Notes: generated by a model from the sequence alone, not told the origin. 64,000 nucleotides of DNA from Candidatus Marinacidobacterales bacterium (GCA_965237955.1 OZ250169.1:3744001-3808000), one strand, 5' to 3'. Shown: positions 21,481 to 33,667, counted from the stretch's first letter. Translations and numbers: made by a program.

Positions 21481-21549
21481 GCATCCAGCATCCAGCATCC
21501 AGCATTCAGCTGGGGCGTGGAGTGAACTGGATGCTGAATGCTGAATGCT
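21481..21549. repeat. Heptamer-built hairpin between convergent genes (possible bidirectional terminator)
   Basis: (GCATCCA)3 GCATTCA ... TGGATGC (TGAATGC)2. Confidence 0.65.
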
Positions 21550-21552
21550 CCA

Positions 21553-22635
21553 CTACTGAGGAATAAATTCTCCCCGCTCATCCAGCGCCATTAGTAATTG
21601 CACTACCGTGCCGTAGCTTTGGGCGCCGCCTTCGACCTGCATCGCTCGCAGGTATCGGTCGTTTGCGCGGCTCGCCGCCTTGCTCACGGGGCCTTGGTAG
21701 CGGCGCCAGAACTCACGAATCGCGCGGACATCTTCACTCGGTCCTTCGTCGAGTCGAGACCAAGCTTGATCCACGTCGCTCGGCGGTAGATAGAACGACG
21801 CTTCGGTCAACAGGTAGCGAGTCGCGAAGAGGTACGCCGCGTAGCGAAAGTAGGTGGGGCTCGATTCGTCTGCGCACGCGAGGAACGCGGCGAAGTTCGC
21901 TTCACCTTCGTGGGTCACGCCGCGTTGATGTGCTTTTTCGTGGGCGACGACGACCGGGAGCAGAACGTCGGGCTGGAGCACGTTGACCGATGGCTCGCCG
22001 GTGAAGGGAATGAAGATCCCGCTGATGCCCAGATACGAGAACAATGTCGAGCTCGCGAGCGGTTTTGCCGGTGTCGGGTCGAACTCGATGCCGTCGCCCG
22101 GTAAGCTCAAGCGCTCGAACGCTTCGTCGAGGTTTCGGTTCAACTCGTCGAACGTAAACGGGAGGACCGTCGGTGTTTGCTCGTTGTCGAGCGCGTCGAA
22201 GAGAGACGATGCGGTCTCGGCGGCGCGCTCGCCGGCCGACAACACCGCTTGGGCGTCGACGGAACCGGCCGACAACCCCGTGCGGTCGGCGAGCGAGGGG
22301 CGTGCGTAGTTGAAGCCCCACAAAACGAGAAACATGGCAGCGAAGACACCGGCGGCGCACCAGCTCCATAGGAACGTCCCACGCCATCGGCGCTCGCCGC
22401 GCCGGAGTCGCCGATACAAACTCCAAAGAAGAAAAACGACGAGTAATCCAGCGATGGGCTCGGCGAGCGAGAACGGAACCCGATTCACGAACGCGAACGC
22501 TCGGGCAACGAGCGGATAGATGGACCGCGAATAGAGCGCATCGGTCCTGGCGGGGAAGCGAAGCGCGAGTGAGAAACTAACGACGGCGATCGGAAGCAGT
22601 GCGAGCAACACAGTCTTGGTGCGCGATCGGGTCAT
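21553..22635 (-). CDS. DUF3810-like membrane protein with HExxH motif
   Basis: WGFNYAR, PFTGE and HEKAHQRG..EGEANF motifs. Confidence 0.8.
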   Translation of the reverse strand: MTRSRTKTVLLALLPIAVVSFSLALRFPARTDALYSRSIYPLVARAFAFVNRVPFSLAEPIAGLLVVFLLWSLYRRLRRGERRWRGTFLWSWCAAGVFAAMFLVLWGFNYARPSLADRTGLSAGSVDAQAVLSAGERAAETASSLFDALDNEQTPTVLPFTFDELNRNLDEAFERLSLPGDGIEFDPTPAKPLASSTLFSYLGISGIFIPFTGEPSVNVLQPDVLLPVVVAHEKAHQRGVTHEGEANFAAFLACADESSPTYFRYAAYLFATRYLLTEASFYLPPSDVDQAWSRLDEGPSEDVRAIREFWRRYQGPVSKAASRANDRYLRAMQVEGGAQSYGTVVQLLMALDERGEFIPQ

Positions 22636-22695
22636 GGCGAAGATTTCAGTTTAGTCGAATTGATCTCGTGATGCCTGACGATCCATAAATCATCT

Positions 22696-23382
22696 GTGAT
22701 CGACGTTGCGGTCGTTGGCGGTGGCATTGTCGGTCTCGCGACCGCACGGGAGATTCTTTCGCGGGATCCGCGCCGAAGTGTTCTCGTGCTCGAAAAAGAG
22801 CGTGAGCTCGCCTCGCATCAAACCGGCCACAACAGCGGCGTCATCCACTCGGGCATCTACTACCGACCGGGATCGTTGAAGGCTCGCAATTGCCGTCGGG
22901 GAGTTCTTAAGCTCGTCGCGTTTTGTGGAGAGCACGGCGTTCCCTATGAGCTTTGCGGGAAGGTGGTGGTGGCGAGCTCGGAGGAGGAGCGCCCGCGGCT
23001 ACATGCGCTTTACGCGCGAGGCCGCGAGAACGGGGTCGGTGGGTTGCGGCTCATTACCCGAGACGAGCTGAAGGAGGTCGAGCCGCACGCCGAGGGTGTC
23101 GAGGCACTCGTTTCGGCGGAAACCGGAATCGTCAGCTTTCGCGCCGTCGCCGAGAAGATCGGCGAGGTTTTCCGGAACGAGGGTGGTCGAATCGAGACCG
23201 GAGCCAAGGTGCTATCGCTCGAATCCTCCACCCTCGTCACCAGCGCGGGTGATTTCGAGGCGAAGCGTGTCGTGTGCTGCGCCGGTCTCCATGCCGATCG
23301 GGTGGCGACGCTTTTGGGCGCGAAGCCCTCGATTCTGGTGCTCGGTTTCCGCGGCGAGTACTATCGATTGAGGCCGGAAAGC
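22696..23382 (+). pseudogene. lhgO: L-2-hydroxyglutarate oxidase truncated by IS5
   Basis: GGGIVGLA, HQTGHNSGVIHSGIYY and FRGEYY motifs; the C-terminal half is missing. Confidence 0.88.
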
Positions 23383-24597
23383 TGCCTTGGTGCACAACTC
23401 GCGATCTCGGTCCACAATTGTCCTTTACTCACGGATTCGAGGTTCCCCATGAGCATTTCCAAACGCACTCAGCGGAAGTATGTGAAGAAGGCCTATCGCG
23501 TGAGGAATTGGCGTGAATATGAGGCGGGTCTACGCAACCGTGGGAGCCTGACCGTCTGGATCTCGCTCACCGCCGGCAAGCTTGTGAACTGGGACGCGCC
23601 CCGGCCGAGGAGGAGGAAACCGGGCCGTCAACGCAAGTACTCGAACCACGCCATCGAGACGGCTGTCACCCTGGGCATGGTGTTTCATCTGTCATCTAGG
23701 CAGAGCGAGGGATTGCTGCGATCGTTGTTCGCTCTGATGAAGCTAGTCCCCTGTATCAGAACAAACTAGATAAAGCAGAGCTTGCCGAAACCCTTCTAAG
23801 TGCATGAATCTTATGAATCTTATGGGCTGGCGAAAAGCCTAACTTTGTTAGTGATCAAAGATCCAGGGGACTAGACAATGATGTGCCCGATCACACCACG
23901 ATCTCGAGGCGCAAGGCGAAGCTGGGTAAGGTCCCCTTCTACCAAGTCAAGCAGAAGACGCCGTTGCACATCTTGATCGACAGCAGCGGTCTCGCTGTCC
24001 ACGCCGGCCAGCTGCGCAGAGCACCAAAGAGCAGGGACTATCGCAAGCTCCATCTGTGTGTCGACGAGCAGAGTGGCGAAGTCGTCGCCGGCGAGCTGAC
24101 GAGCAAAAGAGCCCGCGATTCATCGCGGGTTGCATCGCTTGTCGGACAGATCGACAGTCCCATCTCATCGGCCAGAGCTGACACCGCATACGACGCCGGC
24201 GGCGTCTATGAGGCAATCGAGAATCACAGCGCTCATTGCTCGCCGAGGGTGCTGATACCGCCGCGCAAGGGCGCCCAGCTCGCATCGGGGCCGGCGAGCA
24301 GCCGACAGCGCAATCGCAACATTGCAGCACAAGCTCGGCTCGGCAAACGAAAGTGGCACACAGAATCGGGCTACAGCAAACGGAGCAAAGTCGAGACAAC
24401 GTTCCATCGCTACAAGGCTATCGTGGGCTCAGCGATGCGAGCGAGAGGGTTGGCGGCACAGAGAGTCGAGGCAAGGATCGGGTGCAAGATTCTCAACACG
24501 ATGACGGCGCTCGGGATGCCTGATAGCGAGATGATCGGATGATGGGAGTCGGGGCCAAGCGAGCTATCGGCCTCTATCGGAGTTGTGCACCAAGGCA
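23383..24597 (+). mobile_element. IS5 family element, copy 2; transposase interrupted by a MITE
   Basis: Same 18-bp terminal repeats and near-identical sequence to copy 1, plus 128 extra bp at the CTAG in ...ATGAAGCTAG. Confidence 0.92.
23747..23870 (+). mobile_element. IS630-derived MITE, copy 1 (124 bp)
   Basis: TCCCCTG...CAGGGGA flanked by duplicated CTAG. The empty site is visible in IS5 copy 1 (9859-9862). Confidence 0.9.
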
Positions 24598-24827
24598 TCC
24601 ATACGCCACTAATTCGCTATAAATCGGGGGCGTAACCGGACGAGTATCATCAGAAAGCGCTCGTCGTCGGGAGACACGTCGCAGGTACGAGCGAAGAGGT
24701 ATCAGTGCCGTAGCTCAAAGTCGAGCCGGAGGGCGGGGTCTCCGAACAGGTGGTAAATGCTGAGTAGCTCTGGAAAGGCGCCGGTGTCGGCGTAGCGCTT
24801 TTGAGCCTCGAGGACGGCGTCGCCTAG

Positions 24828-24952
24828 TCCCCTCTATCAGAACAAACTAGATAAAGCAGAGCTTGCCGAAACCATTCTAAGTGCATGAATCTTATGAATC
24901 TTATGGGCTGGCGAAAAGCCTAACTTTGTATAGTAATCAAAGATCCAGGGGA
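24828..24952 (+). mobile_element. IS630-derived MITE, copy 2 (125 bp)
   Basis: About 4 differences from copy 1; duplicated CTAG (24824-24827, 24953-24956). Removal restores HSRLGDAVL. Confidence 0.9.
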
Positions 24953-25039
24953 CTAGCCGAGAGTGTTCGCCGCTCAAAAGCTCTTGGAGAAGTGCCTTGT
25001 GGTAGCGATGTGCGGGCGCGTTCAAGCTCAGCCCGCTAG

Positions 25040-26220
25040 TCCCCTGGATCTTTAATTACTGTCCAAATTCGATTTGCCATGTGTATCGAGCGTTCGCTGG
25101 GCGAACCGAGCGATGGTTTCGAGGATTTGGTCGGCGGATTTCGTCCACTTGAACGGCTTTGGGTTCTCGTTGTGAGCATCGAGATAGTCTTGTATCGCAA
25201 CGCGGAGCTGAGGCACGCTCGTGTGCGAGCCTCGTCGCAAGGCGTGTTCGGTGAGCAAGCCAAAGAAGCGCTCAGCGAAGTTGAGCCAAGAGGCGTGTGT
25301 CGGTGTGAAGTGAAAGTGGAACCGAGGTCGCTTGGAAAGCCAGCGTTTGATCGCCGGTGTCTTGTGCGTGGCGAGATTGTCGAGCACGACGTGGATGTCC
25401 AACTCGCTGGGAACGGCTGCTTCGATCTCAGCGAGGAACTTCTTGAACTCTAGCGCTCGATGTCGCGCGTAGCACTTTCCGAAGACTTCACCTGTTGCGG
25501 CGTCGAGTGCGGCAAACAGGTCAGTCGTTCCATGCCGAATGTAGTCGTGGGTTTGTCGCTCGGGCTGGCCCAAGCTCATGGGCAGGACAGGTTGAGCACG
25601 CTCGAGCGCTTGAATCTGCGATTTCTCGTCGACGCACAGGACGACCGCGTTATCCGGTGGGTTCATATACAGGCCAACAACGTCGCGTACTTTTTCGACC
25701 AGTTGTGGGTCTTGCGAGAGACGAAACGATTCCGAGCGGTGCGGTTGAAGCCCGAACGTTCGCCAAATACGTCCAATCGTCGAATGACTCAGCCCAAGAT
25801 GCTTGGCCATCGAGCGCGTACTCCAATGGGTTCTCCCCTTTGGAGTCGTCTCCAGCGTCTTGGTCACGACTTCCTCGATCTGGTCATCGCCGATTTTGCG
25901 AGCCGCTCCCGGCCGAGGTTCGTCGTACAACCCTTCCATTCGTTGTTCTACAAAGCGTCTTCGCCACTTGCCCACCGTGCTCCTCATGGTGTGCATCTTC
26001 CTAGCAACTTCCATATTCGTCAGACCCGCCGCGCAATCCAGCACGATCTTCGCTCGGAAGGCTTGGTGCGGCGAACTACGGCTGCGTCGCGCCAGTCGCG
26101 TCAGCGCTTCGCTTTCTTGAGACGACAGCTTCAATTCGGCTTTTCGCCGGCCCTTGTGTTTCATGCATTTAGCAGATCACAGAAGGGCCGGTGTTGTCTA
26201 GCTTTTTCTGTTCCATGGGA
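25040..26220 (-). mobile_element. IS630 family element
   Basis: Ends TCCCCTGGA / TCCATGGGA flanked by CTAG. Removal restores AFSPSGLSL of the C25 gene. Confidence 0.92.
25052..26164 (-). CDS. IS630 family transposase
   Basis: [32 protein letters not shown] and [10 protein letters not shown] motifs. Confidence 0.94.
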   Translation of the reverse strand: MKHKGRRKAELKLSSQESEALTRLARRSRSSPHQAFRAKIVLDCAAGLTNMEVARKMHTMRSTVGKWRRRFVEQRMEGLYDEPRPGAARKIGDDQIEEVVTKTLETTPKGRTHWSTRSMAKHLGLSHSTIGRIWRTFGLQPHRSESFRLSQDPQLVEKVRDVVGLYMNPPDNAVVLCVDEKSQIQALERAQPVLPMSLGQPERQTHDYIRHGTTDLFAALDAATGEVFGKCYARHRALEFKKFLAEIEAAVPSELDIHVVLDNLATHKTPAIKRWLSKRPRFHFHFTPTHASWLNFAERFFGLLTEHALRRGSHTSVPQLRVAIQDYLDAHNENPKPFKWTKSADQILETIARFAQRTLDTHGKSNLDSN

Positions 26221-29200
26221 CTAGGAGAAAAGGCCGCGATGGCACCTTTGCCTTCGGCTTTCAACAGCGCCTCGGCGAGCGAGTCGAAATACGGGAAGTG
26301 GAAGTAGCCGTTCAGGCAGTTCATCGTCAGCAGCAACGGTTGGCGTGACTGTGGTGAAAGCGCGCCCACGTTGCCGGTGTTGAATAGATTCTCGTCGGCC
26401 CACAAATGGATCGCGCCGTGACCGAGATAGCTCACGAGCGACGCTCCGTCGTCGAAGCTCTGGCGGATCGACGTGCGCGTCGACGTCGTGCCTAGCTCGT
26501 CGAGGTAAATCTTCGTCGTGGTCCGAGTCGCAAGAAGCGTCGATGCGATCTCCTCGGCGTCTCGAGCGAAGTTCCCTGCCTCGTCCGCGTCGTCAGCGAT
26601 GAGGACGAACGGTGCTTCTCCCGAGCGCTCGCCGGTCTCGAAGGCGATGATCTTGTTGACCATGACGCGCAGCTCGTCGGCCGATCGGGCCGGAAGCCGT
26701 CCGATGGCGACATCCGGCAGCAAGTCGTCGCCGTTCACGGCGGCGTAAGCGGGATCGGACGCGGTCCACAGGTAGCTCGTCTTCATCATGAAGGGCGGCA
26801 CCTGGTTGGTCACTCCGGTTCCGAGAGCGTCCTTGAAGTCGTAGGTGGCATCGCCGAGGAGCAAGACGTAGCGAAGCGACGGCGAGCGCCACTCGTGGTA
26901 GGCGTATGCGATGAAATCCCGCACCGCTTCGGGCGAGAGCTCACCGTAGCCGAACGCCGAGCCAATCTCTTCGATGGACGCCGTCCGTACGCGAAGGCCT
27001 TGTTCGCGCCGGTGTGCTATCAACGGCAACGCGACGCCGAGAAACGACTCGGGCCCGATGACGAGATAGTCGGTCTGACGGCGCGCCCTCTTCAATCGGC
27101 TCGCGCGTGGTGTTGGTGTTCTCAGTCCCGGTCGCATCACGCTCGCGATCGCCTGGTAGCGTCCGTCGTGCCGGAGGCCATCCCGACATGGCCCAACGCG
27201 GCGCGTCATCCCCATTGCCGAGCTCGATGACGTGGACAGCGTCGTCGAGTGCCGACCACGCGCGCGGATACTCGAGACGGAACCGGTCGAGCATGATCAT
27301 CGAGTAGGCGGCCCCGGTGTCGCCCACGTTCTCGATTTCGAGCTCGTTTTCTCCTTCCCGAAGAACGCCCGGCACAACCTCGGCCGCGAGCTTGTAAAGC
27401 GTTCTTTCCATCCCAATGCGCTTCGGCGATGAAGCTTCCGTTCATGTAGACGCGGACGTGATGATCGACCACACCGGAAATGTCACTCGTGCCCTGAAGC
27501 CAGAGCTCGAGACGCGACGGCTCCAAGACTGACACGGCCGCGAGATGGGGGCTCTCGAAACCAAAGCTTTTCCGTTCCGGCGCGAACGTCCCAGAGCCAC
27601 ACATCGGGAGCATTCACGAGCGTCGCTTTGATAATAACGATTCTCTTCACGCTCGACGGCGTGCCAATGAAACGTACCCCGTGGGCTCGTCGTCGAGTCG
27701 ACCACCTCCATCGTTTCACCGGCGGCGCCGAGCTCGAGCTCGTAGACTGCTTCTCGTCCGTACGGATTGGCTCGTTCTCCCTCGCTCCAGAAATAGAACG
27801 TGTCGCCCTCGATGTGGTATGGCACCGAGTTTCCTTGACGGCTCAGCCGAAGCTTCGACGTGCGAGCCCGCCGCCGCCCGAAAAGCTCCTGCAACGAGAC
27901 CGCGTAGAGCCCCCGCTCGACGGTTGCGAGATGCGCCACGACGCCACGCTTTCGACGGGACCTCACCTTGGATTGGATCTCGCGTCCCCGAAACACGAGC
28001 CGAACCCGGAGCTTTCGTGCTAGCCAAAGCCGTGAGCCGTCCCAGCTGAAGGGCGATAGCTCGACCAGAGCCTTTTTCTGCTCACCCTGGTACGCGAGCG
28101 TCACAACGCGCGCTCCCTCGCTTCGATAGATACGCCGTTGTCGCCGTCGACGTCGAGCGCGCACCGTACCCTCGGAAGACACGACGAGCTCCGGTGTCGC
28201 CGCTGAGGCTGGACGCAGCCCATCGAACGCCTCGACGTCGAGAGCGCGCACCGAAACGATCTCGACATTCCGGCCTGCTAGAGCGTCGATCCAGGCGCGT
28301 TTCGCAGGAAGCGATGTCCCGTACTCATCCAGCCCGGGAACGACGAGGCGCACCGTGCCGTCATCTTGCGGTATGGCGACGAAACCCGTCGTATCGAGCT
28401 CCAGAACCACGCCGCGTTTTCCCGGTAGCACTCGCAACGAGCTCGATTCCGGGGTGCCGTAGGTGATGCGCGAGGCGGTATCGTTTTCTTCCGCGACGTC
28501 GCCAGGCAGAGACACCCCGACTTGGGGAGTCGCGGCGACAGGCCCGTGTCGCTCGGTAGCCCCAGTCGTCTCGATGTCCTCGAGCTCATAGAAGTACGTC
28601 ACCCCGTTCACGAGACCCGAATCGAGATAACGATAACGTGCGCCGGACGGTGACGAGCCGAGCCCGGGGATCAAGTTGGACGTGATGCGCTCGTAGGGAC
28701 CCGCGGCGGACGGAGCGCGGTACAGATGAAAGCCGAGGTTGTTCAGCTCCGAGCCCGTCTCCCAATGGAGCTCGACCTCACTGTCGGCGCCGTTCGCGTC
28801 GAATCCAATCAGCTCGACCGCCGTGGGTACCGGGAGCGCGAACTCGAACCTCTGAGCGTTGGCGGTGATGTCGCCGCAGTACTGGAACAACAAGATGTCG
28901 GTCTTGACGAACGCTTCGACGGGAACCGTGGTGTAGGCGACCGCGGTCGCGGTGGGCTCTGACGTAGTACAGGTCGGGGCTACCGTTGACCGAGTACGTC
29001 GACCAGCCGGTGGGATCGGTCCAGTAAATCGTTCCGTCCGCAGTGAAGTCCGCAGTCTCGTCGGTGAAACCAAACCCCGCGAGGCTGGCCCATTGGATGC
29101 CGTTCCAGTACTCCCACACCAGCGTCGCCGTTCCCACGCCCCGTGTCGCGAGGGCGACGTTCAGACCGTGGAACTGCGAGTCGGCGCCGAAGTACAGATA

Positions 29201-32200
29201 CCTTCCACGGCTATTCCCATCGACAGCGTTGAAATTCAGCGTGTAGTTCCTCGCACCACTCGCGAGGTACTCGCTGGCGTTCGTCTCGAGTCCGCCGTGG
29301 GCGAGCGCGTCCGGCGCCGCGGTAGAGCCGCCGTAGCTTCTGACCTCGTCGTAGATTCCCGGGCCGAAGTCGCCGCTCCCGTCCGTGTTGTTACCGATAT
29401 GGAAGCTTCCGACGGTGAGGTTCGCGGCGACGTAGTCGCTCGCTGCATCCGTGTGAGGAGGTTCGACGCCGTTGATGTAAAGCCGCTGTTGAGTCCCGAG
29501 CCCCGCGGTCTCGTCCCACTCGATCCGCAAATGTACCCACTCGGCAGCCTGCCACTCGTAGTCTGCGGGATCGACCGAGAGGTCCGATGTCACCCCGCTG
29601 GCGACGATACGGAAGTGGAGGCGGTTGTCGGTGACCGTCTTCTGGATGTACCAGGCGTTGCTCGCGTCGACGAAAAAGCCGCCTATATCGCGCCCGACGC
29701 CGTCGTCGTGATCGTAGGTGGGCTGGAACCAGAATTCGAGCGCCCCCTGGAATTTGTCGAAGTTGCTCGTGGGGAAGGCCAGGGTTTCCGAGTTCGCGGG
29801 CATGTTGGCGCCGTTGCCGTGCCGACCCGGAACGTAGGTAATGCCGCCGCTCGCAAAACCTCCGGTGCCCACGTCGGGAGTGGTCGTCCACGCGGCGGCG
29901 TTTTGCGCGGTCGAGTGCCACAAGAGCGCGTCGGCGAAGTAGCTCCGCGACACCGGCTTGACGTCGGCCTGGAAGTCGACCCCTTGGGCTAGCGGACTGG
30001 CTTGAAGCGTTACCGTGGGCGATCGAAGCGAGTGCCACTCGCGGATCTTGAAAAACGGCGCATAGCGCGTGGCACCGCCGCCGCCATCGATGTCGACACG
30101 GAGCGTGGGGTCCATCGACGGATCCGCCTGCATCACGTAGGCGGCTTCGCCCTCGTTGAAGTCGTCACCGGCACCGGTGCTCTCGCTCGCGTGCGTCCAC
30201 GCGCTTCCGATCCCGATGGTGAGCGGATCGGGCACGCGATAGTCGGCGCTGCGCGCGGTGACGGCTGGGTCGGTATTGTTCAACAGCGTCCGAGGACGGA
30301 AGTACGTGAGGACGTTCCAGGTCTCGACATCACCCGCGCCGAGTACTTGGCCAGTCGTGTCGATCCAACCGGGGTTGACGCGCTCGGCGAATGATTGAAA
30401 GAACCAGTTCGTGCTGTCGGCCGTCGCCGAGTACCCGTTCACCGTGTCCCAGTCCTCGTGCAGTACGTACAAGAAGTCGGTCCGCACCGGCGGAGGTCCG
30501 CTGTTGTCGATGACGGCGAGCAGAAAATCGTCCCCTCCACCGCCCGGAGAGACCAGGCTCGTCTCGCTCGAGACGACCCGGCCGCTGAGCGGTCCGGCCG
30601 ACGTCTGATGCATCATCGACTCGACGTACTCGGTCGTGTAGGTGACGGGCGCCGTCGTCTTGCGCGTCCAGCGCAGGCCAATCTTGCCAGAAGGAAGAAT
30701 GGTGTAGTCACCTGTTCCTTCGACTCCACCGAGACGCACATTCACGTCGACGTAGTCCGAGAGCTGTCGCACGCGAACCCGGGTCGGCGTTGCCTCGAGT
30801 AGCTCCAGATAGCCCGCCAGATCTTCGCCGGCGTTGAAGAACGGAGCGCCGACTCTCATACCCGCGTTATGAAGTCCCATCGAGCTGCCGCTTCCGATGA
30901 GCGCCCCGGCGAGGTCGTTCGCTTTGCCGGGATCCTCCTGGAGGTCGTACATCTCCCGAATGCTGCCGCCGGCCGCAGTGTGGAATATCATCTCGAAGTC
31001 AGCCGGGGCAGCAACGGTGATGCTGTTTCCGGTCTCGCTCACATTCAAGGGAGCGCAACTGCCGGCGACGAAGTCGACGACGAACCAGCCGATGTCGGCA
31101 GTAGCGGTGTCGCCACCCGTCGTGCCTCTCGTGATCTGAAGGTTGGTGTTGCTCGTCAGATCCAGCGTGAACCAACCGACGCCGGGGTCGTCATCGGTCG
31201 CGAAAGAGGATCGACCACCACGAGCATGGTAGCCGCCTGCAGCGATGGATGAGCCCGCGTTGGCGGCCGATCCGAGGGTCACGTTCCTCTGTAGCTCGGT
31301 GGTGGTGAAGGGCTCGGTGTTGTGCTGCACCGTCGCGGCGTCGGTAAACTCCACGAGATACCAGGTGAGCTCGACGCTGGAGCCGGTGTTGTTGCGGTCG
31401 AAGGTCAACGTGCTCCCGTTCGTTACCACGCCGCGCACGAGGGTGCGTCCGATGTCGGGCGGCGACGTGACGGATTCGTGGCTGAAGACGAGCCAGGACT
31501 TCGAAGTGTCCACCGGGGGAACGAGTGGTGCCGGAAGTGAGAGATCGCTCGAGCTGAATACCACGTCGCCGGTTTGCACGTTGGCATCGAAGTACTCCAC
31601 GACTTGCCACTCCACGAAAGCGGCCGTGCCCGCATCCTGGGCAAACAAGCGGAGGTTCGTTGTCGTCGTCAACTTGGCGCGGATGGTGTCGCCGCTATCG
31701 AACAAGGACCCATCGGTGCGGAAGCTGATCAGGGGAAAGCTCTTCGTCAGATCCACCGTGGAGATCGGGACGTCGGTGTCGGCCGGATTCAGGGGCTCAG
31801 GCATTTGGAGGGTACCGCGTTGGACGTTCACGCCGCTCAGAAACTCGGCGACATACCAGTGAACGGTGACGTTTCCGGTGGTGCCGAGCCGCGAGAACGT
31901 GACGGTGGTGGAGTTCGTGAGCTGCCCACTGACTTGGATGCTGTGCGGCGTATTGCTGCTGCCGCTGACACCGAAAACGAGAAAGCTTTTCGCCGGAACG
32001 ACGGCCGGCGAGAGCGTGTCGGTAACGCTCGTGGTCCCGCCCGTGATCGTGACCGTACCCGATTGCACGCCCTTGAGCTGGGCGGCGGCGCCCGGCCTCG
32101 CGAGCCCGACGGCCGCGACGAGGCACACCCATGGAATCGCCTTCCGGAACATCGCATGAAAGAAATGCAAGTCGCGTACCAATACAACTATTGCATCTGT

Positions 32201-32290
32201 TTGATGTAAAAGGAGTTACAGGATCTAACCTCGACCGCGCTTGATGAAGTGGGTGGGAGATCCCCACACCGAAGGGTGCAAAACACCCGT

Positions 32291-33667
32291 CTAGCGGAGT
32301 GTGAGCGCCGGGTCGCCGAGCAGGTGATAAATGCTCAGTAGCTCCGGAAAGGCGCCGGTATCGGCGTAGGCTTCCTGGGCGGCCAACACCGCGTCGCCGA
32401 GGCGCTCGTGCTCGCCCTCGAGAAGAGCCTCGAGAAGTGCGGCGTGGTAGCGATGCGCGGGTGCGTCGAGACTCAACCCGCTCGGTGAGAACGCGGCCAC
32501 GATACCTCGGTCTCCCTGCTTCAGAAGCTCCTCGCTCAGCGAGTCGAAGTACGGAAAGTGGAAGTAGCCGTTCAAGCAGTTCATCGTCAGGAGCAGGGGC
32601 TGTTGTTCCTGAGGGGACAGCGACGCGATGTCGCGATTGGCGAGAATCATTTCCCCGGCCCAGAGGTGGATGCCGCCATGACCGAGGTAGCTCATCAACG
32701 AGCTCCCCTCGTCGAACGCGTTCACGATCGCTCGCTTCGTCTCGGCAATCCCGAGAGTCGAGAGGTAGATCGTCTCCGTATTGGTGCCGGACAGAATCGT
32801 CTTCGAGAGCTCTTCTGCATGCGCGACGAAATCGCCGGCGTCATCAGGATCGTCCGCAACGAGAACGATGCGCTCACGAAGACTTCGCGCGGCATTCTCG
32901 TAGGCGAGGATCTTGTTCACCATCTCGCGAACTTCCTCGACCGAAGAAGCGGGCAGCCGTCCGATGGCGATATCCGGGAGCTGGTCGTCACCGTTCACCG
33001 CCGCATAGGCCAGATCGGATGCCGTCCACAGAAAGCTGGTCCGGATCGATGGCGAGGGAACGTGGTCAATGGTTCCGGTGCCCAGACGATCCTTCGGGTC
33101 GTAGGTCGCGTCACCGACGAGAAGGACGCATTTCAACGAGGGCTCGCGCCAGTGATGATAGGCGTAAGTGACAAACTCTCGGATCGCGTTTGGACCGGGC
33201 TCGCCGAACCCGAACTCCGAGACGATGTCTTCCACCGATACCGCCCGCACCGAGAGTCCCTCGGCGGTGCGATGGGCGACGAGCGGCTGGGCGGCGTCGA
33301 TGAACGCTTCGGGGCCGATGAGGAGATAGTCCGCCTGACGGCGCTTACGGAGCGTCGTCTTCGTGACCGGTTGCACCGTGGGACGGAGCGCGGCTCCCGC
33401 GCCCACCGCGAGGTAGCTTCGGCCGGCCTCGACACGGAAACGCAAGCGCCCATCGACGACCTGCGCTTCCGTCAACCAGATCGGATCCGCGTTGGTGACA
33501 TCGACAACGTGCGTCGCGCCCGCGATCGCCGCCGTTCCCGACTCCCTCCACCGCGCTTCGAGGACGCCGGTATGGGTTCCGGTTTCAGCCGGATAGACGA
33601 GCTCGAATTTGTTCAGCATCACCATCGAGTACGCCGCTTCGGTGTCGCCGACGTTTTCCACCTCGAG
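32291..33667 (-). pseudogene. Second C25 peptidase-domain paralog, 5'-truncated
   Basis: Highly similar C25 core (YLGHGG, MNCLNGYF, LLGDPAL); begins mid-domain at LEVENVGDT with no true start. Confidence 0.8.

Larger units (their letters stand above)
24703..32152 (-). pseudogene. Very large secreted C25 (gingipain-like) cysteine peptidase-domain protein, disrupted by frameshifts, IS630 and a MITE
   Basis: Fragments in order: signal peptide, four repeats, LamG-like domain (GALEFWF, WVHLRIEW, GIYDEVR), PTAVELIGF linker, C25 core (LLGD, IGRLP, YLGHG, MNCLNGYF) and C-terminus YHLFGDPAL. Confidence 0.8.

Noticed and set aside
9499-24597. Composite transposon bounded by the two IS5 copies
   Set aside because: The outer flanks share no duplication, and the inner flanks also cut genes.
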